From: a virus | Strand: one strand, 5' to 3' | Virus record (IMG/VR): IMGVR_UViG_3300032268_001483 | Coordinates: 53,130 to 117,129 of that record | DNA length: 64,000 nt | Part shown: in pieces, positions 37,675-47,000 of the stretch | How the letters are laid out: each line of letters begins with the position of its first letter | How positions within the stretch are numbered: the stretch's first letter is position 1 | Program-made: the position numbers and the translations under genes | The notes under the pieces: generated by a model | Databases searched by the model: none | What the model saw: the letters and a program-made list of their open reading frames with translations, nothing else | Told to the model about the DNA's origin: nothing

Positions 37675-37932
37675 ATGAGTTACGAAAATAGAATTTTTTA
37701 TATTTTAGATGTCTCTGAGTTGGATTTAGTTGACTTCTCACAAGTTTTAGAATCTTCTAAAGAAACAGTTAGGAAATCTGTAGATGAAACTAAAACATTT
37801 ATAAAATTTGATAGTGATGCGCCGAAATTTCTTGACAATTTGAAATCCGCAGATGGACCGTATACATATGGTGAAATTATCGATATTTTGTCTGGAACAG
37901 CTTGGACTCCAGAATTGAACACTGAGAACTAA
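37675..37932 (+). CDS. Small conserved phage protein following LamG genes
   Basis: VDFSQVLESS..TVRKSVD..KTFIK..GPYTY.EI..IL...WT pattern recalled from aquatic phages. Confidence 0.65.
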   Translation: MSYENRIFYILDVSELDLVDFSQVLESSKETVRKSVDETKTFIKFDSDAPKFLDNLKSADGPYTYGEIIDILSGTAWTPELNTEN

Positions 37933-37938
37933 AGTAAT

Positions 37939-38208
37939 CTATTCCGTATCTTTTCTTATTACTCTATCTAGATTTGATTTGGTGAATCCGTGTAGTGGTA
38001 TACCACCCTTTCCCAGATAGTGTTGATATAGACTTTGATAGTCATCATATGTATACATATGTCCATCGAATCCCATTAAAACTTCAGTATCTGATGAAGA
38101 TAAAGTAACTCTTAATTCTTGTTCAGGGTATCCTGGACCCATTACGTGTTGACCGACTAATTCCCATCCTGATATTGATTCATATTGATGAAACCGTTTA
38201 ATCCTCAT
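37939..38208 (-). CDS. Hypothetical protein, putative internal head protein (start revised from 38232)
   Basis: Second Met gives MRIKRFHQYES and overlaps the upstream stop. Confidence 0.6.
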   Translation of the reverse strand: MRIKRFHQYESISGWELVGQHVMGPGYPEQELRVTLSSSDTEVLMGFDGHMYTYDDYQSLYQHYLGKGGIPLHGFTKSNLDRVIRKDTE

Positions 38209-38662
38209 TTTTATCAATTGTAATTTTTTCAAAGTATTCGTCTTGTATCGTCAAGACATAATGATTCTTTTTAACATTATAGTTCAAATTATAAAGAAAC
38301 TTTTCGTATAAATTAGCGGTTTCACCCTTTTCTAAATGTAGTATACAACAGTCCTCTTCGAAATTGTTCTCAATTTTTATAATACTCTCACTTAGTTTTC
38401 CGTTCCTATCTGTTAAATCACAGATTATCTTGAAATTTCTCGCCATCAAATCACTAATCAACTCAACACACATATTTTTGGACAAATATAAATAATCTTT
38501 GATTTTGTAATCTATAACATGCTCTAATTTATCTAAAAAAGCGTTTTCTTCTTTAGTCAATTTCCTACCAATTAGGATTTTATCTAGTATTTGGTTAACT
38601 CTGATATCTTGAATAGAATCCCTAAGTACTAGATACTTTTTTAAGTTTTCTTTTGGTTCCAT
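38198..38662 (-). CDS. Hypothetical protein (start revised from 38686)
   Basis: TTTAATATATAC motif lies at 38670-38681, so the Met at 38662 is the more plausible start. Confidence 0.6.
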   Translation of the reverse strand: MEPKENLKKYLVLRDSIQDIRVNQILDKILIGRKLTKEENAFLDKLEHVIDYKIKDYLYLSKNMCVELISDLMARNFKIICDLTDRNGKLSESIIKIENNFEEDCCILHLEKGETANLYEKFLYNLNYNVKKNHYVLTIQDEYFEKITIDKNED

Positions 38663-38669
38663 TATAGTA

Positions 38670-38705
38670 GTATATATTAAAGACATAATTCAATTTTATA
38701 TATAC
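38670..38705. promoter_or_regulatory. Divergent late-promoter-like motifs (38662 gene / tape measure)
   Basis: TTTAATATATAC (minus) and TTTTATATATAC (plus). Confidence 0.55.
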
Positions 38706-38771
38706 ATTATATTTTTATTCAATAATTTGATGTTGTTGATTAAATAAAAATTTTTTTAGCCTTGAAACTAA

Positions 38772-41700
38772 ATGGATAAGAAACTTTTAGACGCCCTGAA
38801 TAATTTATCGTTTGCCTTAGAAGAATTAGTTACTTCTATGAGCGAATCGAAGAAAGATAAGAATAAGTCTGCTACTTCTACAGCTTTGACATCTGGTAAA
38901 ATTGAGAAGAAGTTAGAATTAATTAACAAGGGTATAAAAGATTTAAAATCCGACAATAAGAAAATTCTAAAGAATCAAGAGGAATTACTAAAAATAGCTA
39001 AGTCTCAAAAAAAGGAGTCAGTTGTTGGTGATGCTGGAGACCCGAAACAAAAAAGTAAAATTAAAGATGGTGTAGCAACAATTATATTGATAGCTGTTGG
39101 TGTTTTAGCAATAGGATTAGCCTTCAAAATAATTGGGAAAATAAACATTGTCACCGTATTAGCACTTGCTTTTGTCCTACCAATTTTGGCATATTCGTTT
39201 GAAAAAATTGCCAAATCAAAGGATTTGAATCCCAAACGTATGGAAGAAGTTACAAAAGTCATCATATGGATGGCAGTTGCTGTGACTGGAGCTTCTTTTA
39301 TTTTGAGCTTAATGGTACCATTATCGCTTCCGAAACTTATTTCAGCTGTATTAATTTCAGGAGCTTTTGTTGGATTCTCTTATGCTCTCCCGAACTTGAT
39401 TAAAGGATTCAAAGGGATAACTGCTACAAGTATCAAAAATATGGTACTTTTCGGTCCATTAGTTTTACTGACTTTGTCACTTGCTATTTCTTTATCCTCT
39501 TGGGTATTGCAGATGGTTAAACCAGTTGGATTTTTTAAATTATTTACCGCCATAATGATATCCGCCGCTTTCGTCGGATTAGCTTACTCTTTACCAAAGA
39601 TTCTGAAGGCATTTAAGGGTGTTGAACCGATGAGTGTTGCTAATATGGTACTTTTCGGTCCGTTAATATTCGTAGCATTATCAGCAGCAATCGCTGGGTC
39701 CTCATGGATTTTACAGATGGTTAAACCGGTTGGATTTTTCAAACTTGTAACGGTGATACTAATTTCAGCGGCTTTTGCGGCTTTAGGATATGGACTTAAC
39801 AAAATATTAACATCTTTTAAAGGAATTAGACCCGATGAGGCAGCAATTGCAGCGGCACTTATGCCAATTTTGTTTGTTGCATTAGCTCTTGCGATTACAG
39901 CATCCTCACTCATTTTTCAAAACATAAAAGTAGTAGGATTCTTCAAATTATTGACGGCTTTGATTATTGGAGTAATTTTTATACCATTAGCTTATGCCTT
40001 ACCCTTTATTGCAAGGGCGATAAATGAAATTGATATAACAAAGGCTTGGATGATTCCAGTTGCATTGGTTTTGTTGGCGACAGCAATAATGGCATCTTCT
40101 TACTTATTCGACTTGACAGTACCAATACCTTTTATGAAACTATTGAATATATTATTTCAATCTATATTATTAGCCGCCATTGGTTTTGTATTCTCATTTG
40201 TAATTTCCATAATTGCTAAAATTTCAATTGGAGATATGTTGAAGGGTAGTGTGGTACTAATTGGACTCGCTGCTGTGGTGATGGTGAGCTCACTGATATT
40301 CAATTTAGGAACATATGAAAATTATCCTGGTTTATTTTGGGTATTAGGTGTCGCTGCCTCACTCGCTGCGTTCGCTTTTGGAGCATTAGCTATTGGTGGA
40401 TTGGTTTTTGGTCCTCAAGCACTAGTTGTCGCAGCTGGATTAGCCGCTATTTTGGTGATAGCTGGTACAATTGTTGCCGCTTCTTATATACTAAATGAGG
40501 GTTCGTATGACGCATATCCTGGTTTGTTTTGGATTGCAGGAGTTGGAGCTTCACTCACTGTTTTTTCAGCACTTGCTGTAGCACTCGGAGTGACTGGATT
40601 ATTGGCTATGATAGGACTCCCATTTATGATTTCAATTGCTAACACAATTGTTGAAATTTCAAATATACTTGGATCGGGGAAATATGATTTACCGGGATTT
40701 ACAAATTGGGCATTAAACGTAGCTCTTTTATATGGAGTATTTACGCCTATACTATTGATTTTAGCCCCGATTGCGGTTGCAAACGCGGTTGCTAGTGCCT
40801 TCGGGGCTAATCCTTGGAAAATGGCTGGTGATATGATGATTTCTATTGCTCAAACAATGGTAGATGTTTCGAATGTTTTGGCTAAAGGTAATTATAAGGG
40901 AGGTCCTACAGTGGAATGGGCTGGTGGAGTGGCTATTGCTTTAGGGGCTTTTGCTCCAATTTATGGAATGTTAGTCAGTAATAAAATTATGGAATTTTTA
41001 GGTGGTGGTGGAATAGGTCCAGATGACTTTAATCAGGCTATACGAACAGTTGTTGGTGGAATACAGTTTGCTGCTGATGCTTTTGCTGGTTTTTCACAAA
41101 AGGCATATCCTAAGAAAGAATGGGCTGAAGGGGTTGGTTTGGCAATTGGTGCATTTGCTCCAGTATATGCTATTTTAGCTGCAAGTAAAGATGGTATTTT
41201 TACTAAGGGAGGTCCTACACCTGAAGAATACACTCGTGCTATTATGGTAGTTTGTCAAGGTATTCTTGATGCTGCCAATTTCTTTGGTGAGAATATAGCT
41301 TCCTTTGATTTAGAAAAAGTTCCTAAAAAAGAATGGGGTGAGCGTGTTGGTGGTGCTATTAAGGCTTTCTCACCTGCTCTGGATTTCATTACTAAGAATG
41401 CTTCTTGGTGGGCCGGTGCTGATCCTGAAATAATAGGAAAAGCAATCCGAGCCACCGCATACGCTATTAGAGACTCTTCTTCTATATTAATAGATGGTAA
41501 TTACACAGATGGTGTAAAAAAAGAATGGGTAGACAATACGAGTACTGCTGTAAGAGCTTATGTGGATCTAGCCATGTGGATGAATAAACAGAACGGTATG
41601 ACTAGTGCAATGAATTTCTTCCACAGTGTAAGTCGAAACATATCAAATGTTTCCAATACTCTTGCTAATGGTACTTATACTGATAGTTTTACTGCAGAAT

Positions 41701-42425
41701 GGGTAAAGATGTTAGATGATGGAGTTACATCTTATGTGCATTTAGCTATGTGGATTAATAAACAAAAAGGATTAAAGGCAGCTATGAGGTTCTTCTATAA
41801 CCAAGTTACTTGGTATATACTTAAAACCTCTGAAAGATTTAGCGAAATTGGTAAAAACATGAAAACTGTTGATAAAAATTGGATGACAAACGTTAGCGAT
41901 AACGTTAAAGAATACGTCATGTTAGCTCAATGGATAACAGAAAATAATGTTGACAGCGGAACAATTATGGATACTGTGGATAGTATGTATAAAATGTCAT
42001 TCGGATATTCAGCACTAGCCACTTCGATCAAGAAATTGAATTCAACATTAGAAGAACTGGATGTTGAAAAATTGAATGCTCTTAGAAATTTAAATGCCTC
42101 TGTTGTATTAATGTCACTTATGGATCCTGACCAGTTTGCATCAATGATGGATGAGTTAGAAGATAAAGGTGGGGTATTGATAGATGCGTTGGAAGGTCTG
42201 GAGAGTAAAGAAGGTGAGGCTGAAAAGAGTGGTAAAAAAGCAGCACCGTCGCCTAAGTTGAAGACTAGTACTGGCGCGGTTGAATCTCAGAAAACAATTT
42301 CAGATTTATTTGGTGTTATGCAATCTGTTGAATCTAAATTAGCAGAAATAGCTAAGCACTCAGACAAATTATCAAAATATGTTGATGAAATTAGAGGAGA
42401 TGATAATTGGATGAGAAAAAAATAA
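38772..42425 (+). CDS. Tape-measure-like protein with tiered internal repeats
   Basis: 1217 aa, Ala/Gly/Leu-rich hydrophobic helices, 68-aa repeats, charged termini. Confidence 0.65.
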   Translation: MDKKLLDALNNLSFALEELVTSMSESKKDKNKSATSTALTSGKIEKKLELINKGIKDLKSDNKKILKNQEELLKIAKSQKKESVVGDAGDPKQKSKIKDGVATIILIAVGVLAIGLAFKIIGKINIVTVLALAFVLPILAYSFEKIAKSKDLNPKRMEEVTKVIIWMAVAVTGASFILSLMVPLSLPKLISAVLISGAFVGFSYALPNLIKGFKGITATSIKNMVLFGPLVLLTLSLAISLSSWVLQMVKPVGFFKLFTAIMISAAFVGLAYSLPKILKAFKGVEPMSVANMVLFGPLIFVALSAAIAGSSWILQMVKPVGFFKLVTVILISAAFAALGYGLNKILTSFKGIRPDEAAIAAALMPILFVALALAITASSLIFQNIKVVGFFKLLTALIIGVIFIPLAYALPFIARAINEIDITKAWMIPVALVLLATAIMASSYLFDLTVPIPFMKLLNILFQSILLAAIGFVFSFVISIIAKISIGDMLKGSVVLIGLAAVVMVSSLIFNLGTYENYPGLFWVLGVAASLAAFAFGALAIGGLVFGPQALVVAAGLAAILVIAGTIVAASYILNEGSYDAYPGLFWIAGVGASLTVFSALAVALGVTGLLAMIGLPFMISIANTIVEISNILGSGKYDLPGFTNWALNVALLYGVFTPILLILAPIAVANAVASAFGANPWKMAGDMMISIAQTMVDVSNVLAKGNYKGGPTVEWAGGVAIALGAFAPIYGMLVSNKIMEFLGGGGIGPDDFNQAIRTVVGGIQFAADAFAGFSQKAYPKKEWAEGVGLAIGAFAPVYAILAASKDGIFTKGGPTPEEYTRAIMVVCQGILDAANFFGENIASFDLEKVPKKEWGERVGGAIKAFSPALDFITKNASWWAGADPEIIGKAIRATAYAIRDSSSILIDGNYTDGVKKEWVDNTSTAVRAYVDLAMWMNKQNGMTSAMNFFHSVSRNISNVSNTLANGTYTDSFTAEWVKMLDDGVTSYVHLAMWINKQKGLKAAMRFFYNQVTWYILKTSERFSEIGKNMKTVDKNWMTNVSDNVKEYVMLAQWITENNVDSGTIMDTVDSMYKMSFGYSALATSIKKLNSTLEELDVEKLNALRNLNASVVLMSLMDPDQFASMMDELEDKGGVLIDALEGLESKEGEAEKSGKKAAPSPKLKTSTGAVESQKTISDLFGVMQSVESKLAEIAKHSDKLSKYVDEIRGDDNWMRKK

Positions 42426-42475
42426 AAAAATTTTACACATACTTCAACTAATTAAATAATTGATATATAATTGGT

Positions 42476-42904
42476 ATGAAGAGAATCTCATATTTAAAGA
42501 GGATTAAACTTTTTTTGGAATTTAGATCGACATTAAAAAAACTAAAGTTCGAATTAGAAGATAATTTCAATGCTAGGGTTGATAGATCGTCCAGAATCTA
42601 TACAGTTATTAATATCCCACCTTCTCTAATAGAAGAACCCTACAACATCAGAAAAGAAGACATCGACTCACTCGCTAAAAATTTCATACAAGACTATACA
42701 AAAAAACTTTCTGTTTTCTTGAACTCAAAGAACTTATTTGAGATGTATGACTTTTATGAAATTAGAAAAGTTGATAAGTATAGTTACCTATTAGTTTTTG
42801 GTTTTTCTCTATTTAACTCAACTAATTTCTTATTAAGATTTTATACACTCTTGTCTCTTTTGACAATATCACTCACATCAGTGATTATTTATCTTTTAAC
42901 TTAA
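42476..42904 (+). CDS. Hypothetical protein with C-terminal transmembrane helix
   Basis: 142 aa; hydrophobic C-terminus. Confidence 0.65.
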   Translation: MKRISYLKRIKLFLEFRSTLKKLKFELEDNFNARVDRSSRIYTVINIPPSLIEEPYNIRKEDIDSLAKNFIQDYTKKLSVFLNSKNLFEMYDFYEIRKVDKYSYLLVFGFSLFNSTNFLLRFYTLLSLLTISLTSVIIYLLT

Positions 42905-42953
42905 ACTTTTACAAACTATTTTATAAAATAGACTAAAATAAACTATACAATAT

Positions 42954-43379
42954 ATGAGTAAATTCTATGAACTTTCTGAAGACACAATTGATACATTCAA
43001 ATCAGTCTTTTTAAAAAAATCATTCCCTTTTAATCTGGGATTCCAATTCGTTGGTTCAGAGTCACAAAAAAATCTTATAAAAATTTCTAAAATCTCAGAT
43101 CAATTCTCATTCGTTCTTGGCAAAGAGTTACTCGTATCAATCAATGAGTCACTGATACTTGTTTATGATGAAGAATCTATCCAGATTCTAATTGAACAGG
43201 AGATAGATAAAATTTCTGTAAATATTGACAGCGGAAAAATCAAATTAGTCAAGCCAGATCTAACAACATTCTCGAGCTTGATAAATAAATACGGCATCGA
43301 AAAGATTGCTAAAGCTAATAAAGTCGAGGAACTCTATTCACAACAAAGAAAGGAAGTTGAAGAGGACTTTATAATATAA
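42954..43379 (+). CDS. Degenerate phage-metallopeptidase-like protein
   Basis: ILIEQEID...KIKLVKPDLTTF..LINKYG resembles the PhageMetallopep HELxH...HDxxEF..RYG pattern without the His ligands. Confidence 0.4.
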   Translation: MSKFYELSEDTIDTFKSVFLKKSFPFNLGFQFVGSESQKNLIKISKISDQFSFVLGKELLVSINESLILVYDEESIQILIEQEIDKISVNIDSGKIKLVKPDLTTFSSLINKYGIEKIAKANKVEELYSQQRKEVEEDFII

Positions 43380-43394
43380 AAAAAACCAATAATT

Positions 43395-44045
43395 ATGAAT
43401 TACAAAACTCAAGTTGAAACAAATGTAGTGAAACCAAGAACTTCATTCAAGGAAAATAATCAAGAATATTTAATTCTTAATTCTATTGATGAGGCAACTC
43501 TTGATACACAAATTCACGAAATTGAAAGCTTTATCAAATCACACGACGGTAGATTTCAATCTGATGAATACAAAGATAGCCTCTACGCTCAGTCAAAAAA
43601 ATTGTGGGAGGATTATGCAAATTTCCTAAGAAACGTAAACTTCTCATTTTATCTAAACAAGAATCAGTTTGACTATTTGACTGATTTATTGATCGAAGGT
43701 TTAGAGTATGATGTTGATACAATTTTCTTCGCTATTGAATTGACTAACATGCTTGGAGAATGGAATAACATTCAAATCTCAGAAGGTGACATTGAATTAA
43801 AATCGTTTCAAGCTGATGCAATTGAAATAACTTATATTTATCACCTTATTTCCAAACACAAAGTTTTCGGTTTAACCGAATCATCTTATAGATTTGCCGA
43901 AGTATTGAGAAGACTCAAAGAAGTCCATAGAGTAATTTCTTACTATGATACCGCTGCTAAAACTATGGCTAAGGAAATACAAGATTGGGTAGCAGGTTTT
44001 GAACCACAACCTCTACATTCAACTACACTTTCACCTTCAATCTAA
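43395..44045 (+). CDS. Hypothetical protein
   Basis: 216-aa ORF, helical, acidic. Confidence 0.7.
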   Translation: MNYKTQVETNVVKPRTSFKENNQEYLILNSIDEATLDTQIHEIESFIKSHDGRFQSDEYKDSLYAQSKKLWEDYANFLRNVNFSFYLNKNQFDYLTDLLIEGLEYDVDTIFFAIELTNMLGEWNNIQISEGDIELKSFQADAIEITYIYHLISKHKVFGLTESSYRFAEVLRRLKEVHRVISYYDTAAKTMAKEIQDWVAGFEPQPLHSTTLSPSI

Positions 44046-44049
44046 AAAC

Positions 44050-44078
44050 AAAAAAACTCACTTTAAGTGAGTTTTTTT
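44050..44078. terminator. Bidirectional intrinsic terminator
   Basis: AAAAAAACTCACT-tta-AGTGAGTTTTTTT between convergent genes. Confidence 0.75.
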
Positions 44079-44080
44079 AT

Positions 44081-47000
44081 TTATAATCCAGATAGATTGC
44101 CAATATTTGGAAGATTTGGTGATGTAGAACCAATTGTTGGTGTCAATATTGTCGGTCTCGGAACAAATGGACTTGACACTTGCACTATTGGAGAAAATGG
44201 TACGATTGGATCTCCTTCATAACCTGTGAATAAATCGTTTAAACCTCTGATTTCATAGTTTTTCTTAACTGTATATATTTGCCCATAACCATTATCACTT
44301 GTTACTTCTATTACTATGAATGGATCTATATTTGTATCAACTGTGAAATTATAAGAATGAGTAGCTGTTCTGTATTCGGATAAGTATTGCACTGGTTCAA
44401 GATCGAATACTTTCCATTCAGTCATATCTGTCCACGATGCAAATGACATATTCTGATTAATATCTAAAAGTGGATTCAGAGTATTAGAATTTGTACCAGA
44501 CACCATAAATGAGGACATAGTTCCTATATATTGATAGATAAGTCTATCGTAGTTTACTAATTCCCCTAATGTGTAATCAACTTCTGAACTCCATCCTAAG
44601 ATATTGTCATACTTTCTTGGATTTCTAATTCTATTATTTGAGATTACAGATATATAGAGTTTTTCGAAGTATGTCACTTTATCACCTATTTGATATGTTG
44701 TAAATGGATTCCATTCCATATATGTTTTATATGTCCTTATATTGATTGTGAAATAATCCGGAACTTCCGTTGATTTATTATTACTAAAATCTATATGACA
44801 AGTATATACTGTACTGCCACTGTTTACTGGCATCAAATATGCTTCAGTTAGATTAAAATCAATTGGAGTCATTGACTGTCTGATGTTAAGAATCTTTGTA
44901 TCATAATTTCTATGAACAATATCAGTGTTTCCAACAAAATCTGCCCTTCCCGTTATATCTAAAATTTGATGTGTAATAGGTATTACTTTTCTTTCTAGCC
45001 AATATTTCAAACCTTCTAGTTTAATAATAACCTCACCTAATGAATATAGTAATACGTTATTTCCCTCCTTATCCGTAATTTTATAAGTTAGATTGAATAA
45101 ATTTGTATTCTCAAAATTTGCATTTGGAAAAGTACCCCTAATGAAATCATTTTCTTTCCAACCCTCTACTGTATTATCAAATATATCAGGAACCTCTACT
45201 TTGAATAGCTTACCTAAGTCCGGAGAGCTCAGATTTATATTTCTATAATACTCATATAATTCCAAATCGTTGTAACCAAAGAAATTTATTGCATTAATTA
45301 TGGCTTTATAAGAACCAACATATGGAAAGATATCGTGTCTTACCATCATTAGTTCCTTTCTCTTTTTATTAAGATAAGTCCAATCAATACCCTGTTCATT
45401 TATATCATATGGTTTGAATATATAGACATCTTCCGGGTCGATATTTTGACCGACATTATTTAACTCAATTTTATATCTAATGTCTTCTATTTCTGTTTGT
45501 CCAGATATTACAAACCTACCTATTGTTTTATCCATCACCTTAAATCTAACACTTAAATAAGTTGTCTGACTAATTTTTGGATAATCGTTTATCTTCGTAC
45601 TTTCTTCATATAAAAAGTCACCAAAATCAACGGTTAGTGTTCTAGTTCTAATTTCTCTTATTCTAAATTGCTTACCATTATTTACTGAGATGTATTTATT
45701 TTTAGAATTAGTTATGTCTGTGATAAATACCTTTATTATTTGACCTACTTTCAAACCTCTTGGATTTCCTTGGTTATCATTTGTAAATGTAGATGTAGAG
45801 TTAATATCAAATGATATGGTTCCATAAAATTTTCCACCACTTTCTACGAATTTAAAAGTTAAAATATCTGAATTAGAAGAATTTGAGTTGATTGTAAAAT
45901 TTATTTCTTCACGTTTAACAAAAAGTAGTGCTGAAGACATGAATCCCTCATCCTGAGAATTATACCCAAGAAACGCTTGAAGTGGTTGTGGTACAACTGA
46001 AAGATCATTTTCATCATCAACATGTGATAGGGTAGTCACAACCTCGCTGAAAATTGTTTGTTGAAACTCAGGTAAAGATACCTTACCAATATCTTTATTT
46101 GGTGTTTTATTCAACGAAATTGTTGTTAGAGGTTTCGGTCCAGTATAAGCATAAGATCCAGTTATAGGTAATTGATCACCGCTAAAATCAAATAAAAACA
46201 TTTCTGGATATTGGTCCGTTTCCCACTTCCATACATATTTTACATAGGGTTCATTGTTATAATTTTCTCTTGGTTTTCTTAGATATTGTCTAGTTTTTAG
46301 CCATATATCCGTATAAGGTACATAGTCCGGACTAAGAGTACCGAATTGATTCTGATCTAAAATAGAATATGTCTGTGTATTTAAAACTACCGAGGTGCCC
46401 AATTCCACAGAAATTTCTATAAGTGTATTTGTATTTGGTTGAATACCAAACATAGTATTCCTTTCTGGATCAAATATCAACTTGGTGATAATGCTATTCA
46501 CAGTTTTACTTGATTTAACTATACCTGTGGTAGAATCTATCACAACAAACTTTGGTGAATTAAGAGAAGGTAAGTACACATCTCCATCCCATCCATTTAT
46601 AGAGAGTTTACCATATTCCGGAATCACTGATGTAAAATCCAAAATATTAGTATCCGAAATTTTAGAATAAGATGTGAATTGAGAAAGTATTAAATTGCCG
46701 CCTATATGATTAAAAATAAGATTGTTAAAACTTGAAGTCCCAACCCCTAAAATACTTGATATATTACCGTTATTAATATTGTTTAATCCAGTTGCGCCAA
46801 AATAATATACAGATGAATTTATAGGTTCGTAAAAAATTTCACTGTATAATCCACTAACACTATAGGAAGCTACCACTGCTCTTGAATTCGAATCGATTCT
46901 AATCAAGTAATCATCTGCTTGTGTTATATACACATCGTTTTCTGATTTATTGTAAACCATATTTAGAGTGTTACCAGTCGTATTTACCGATACAGTAGGA

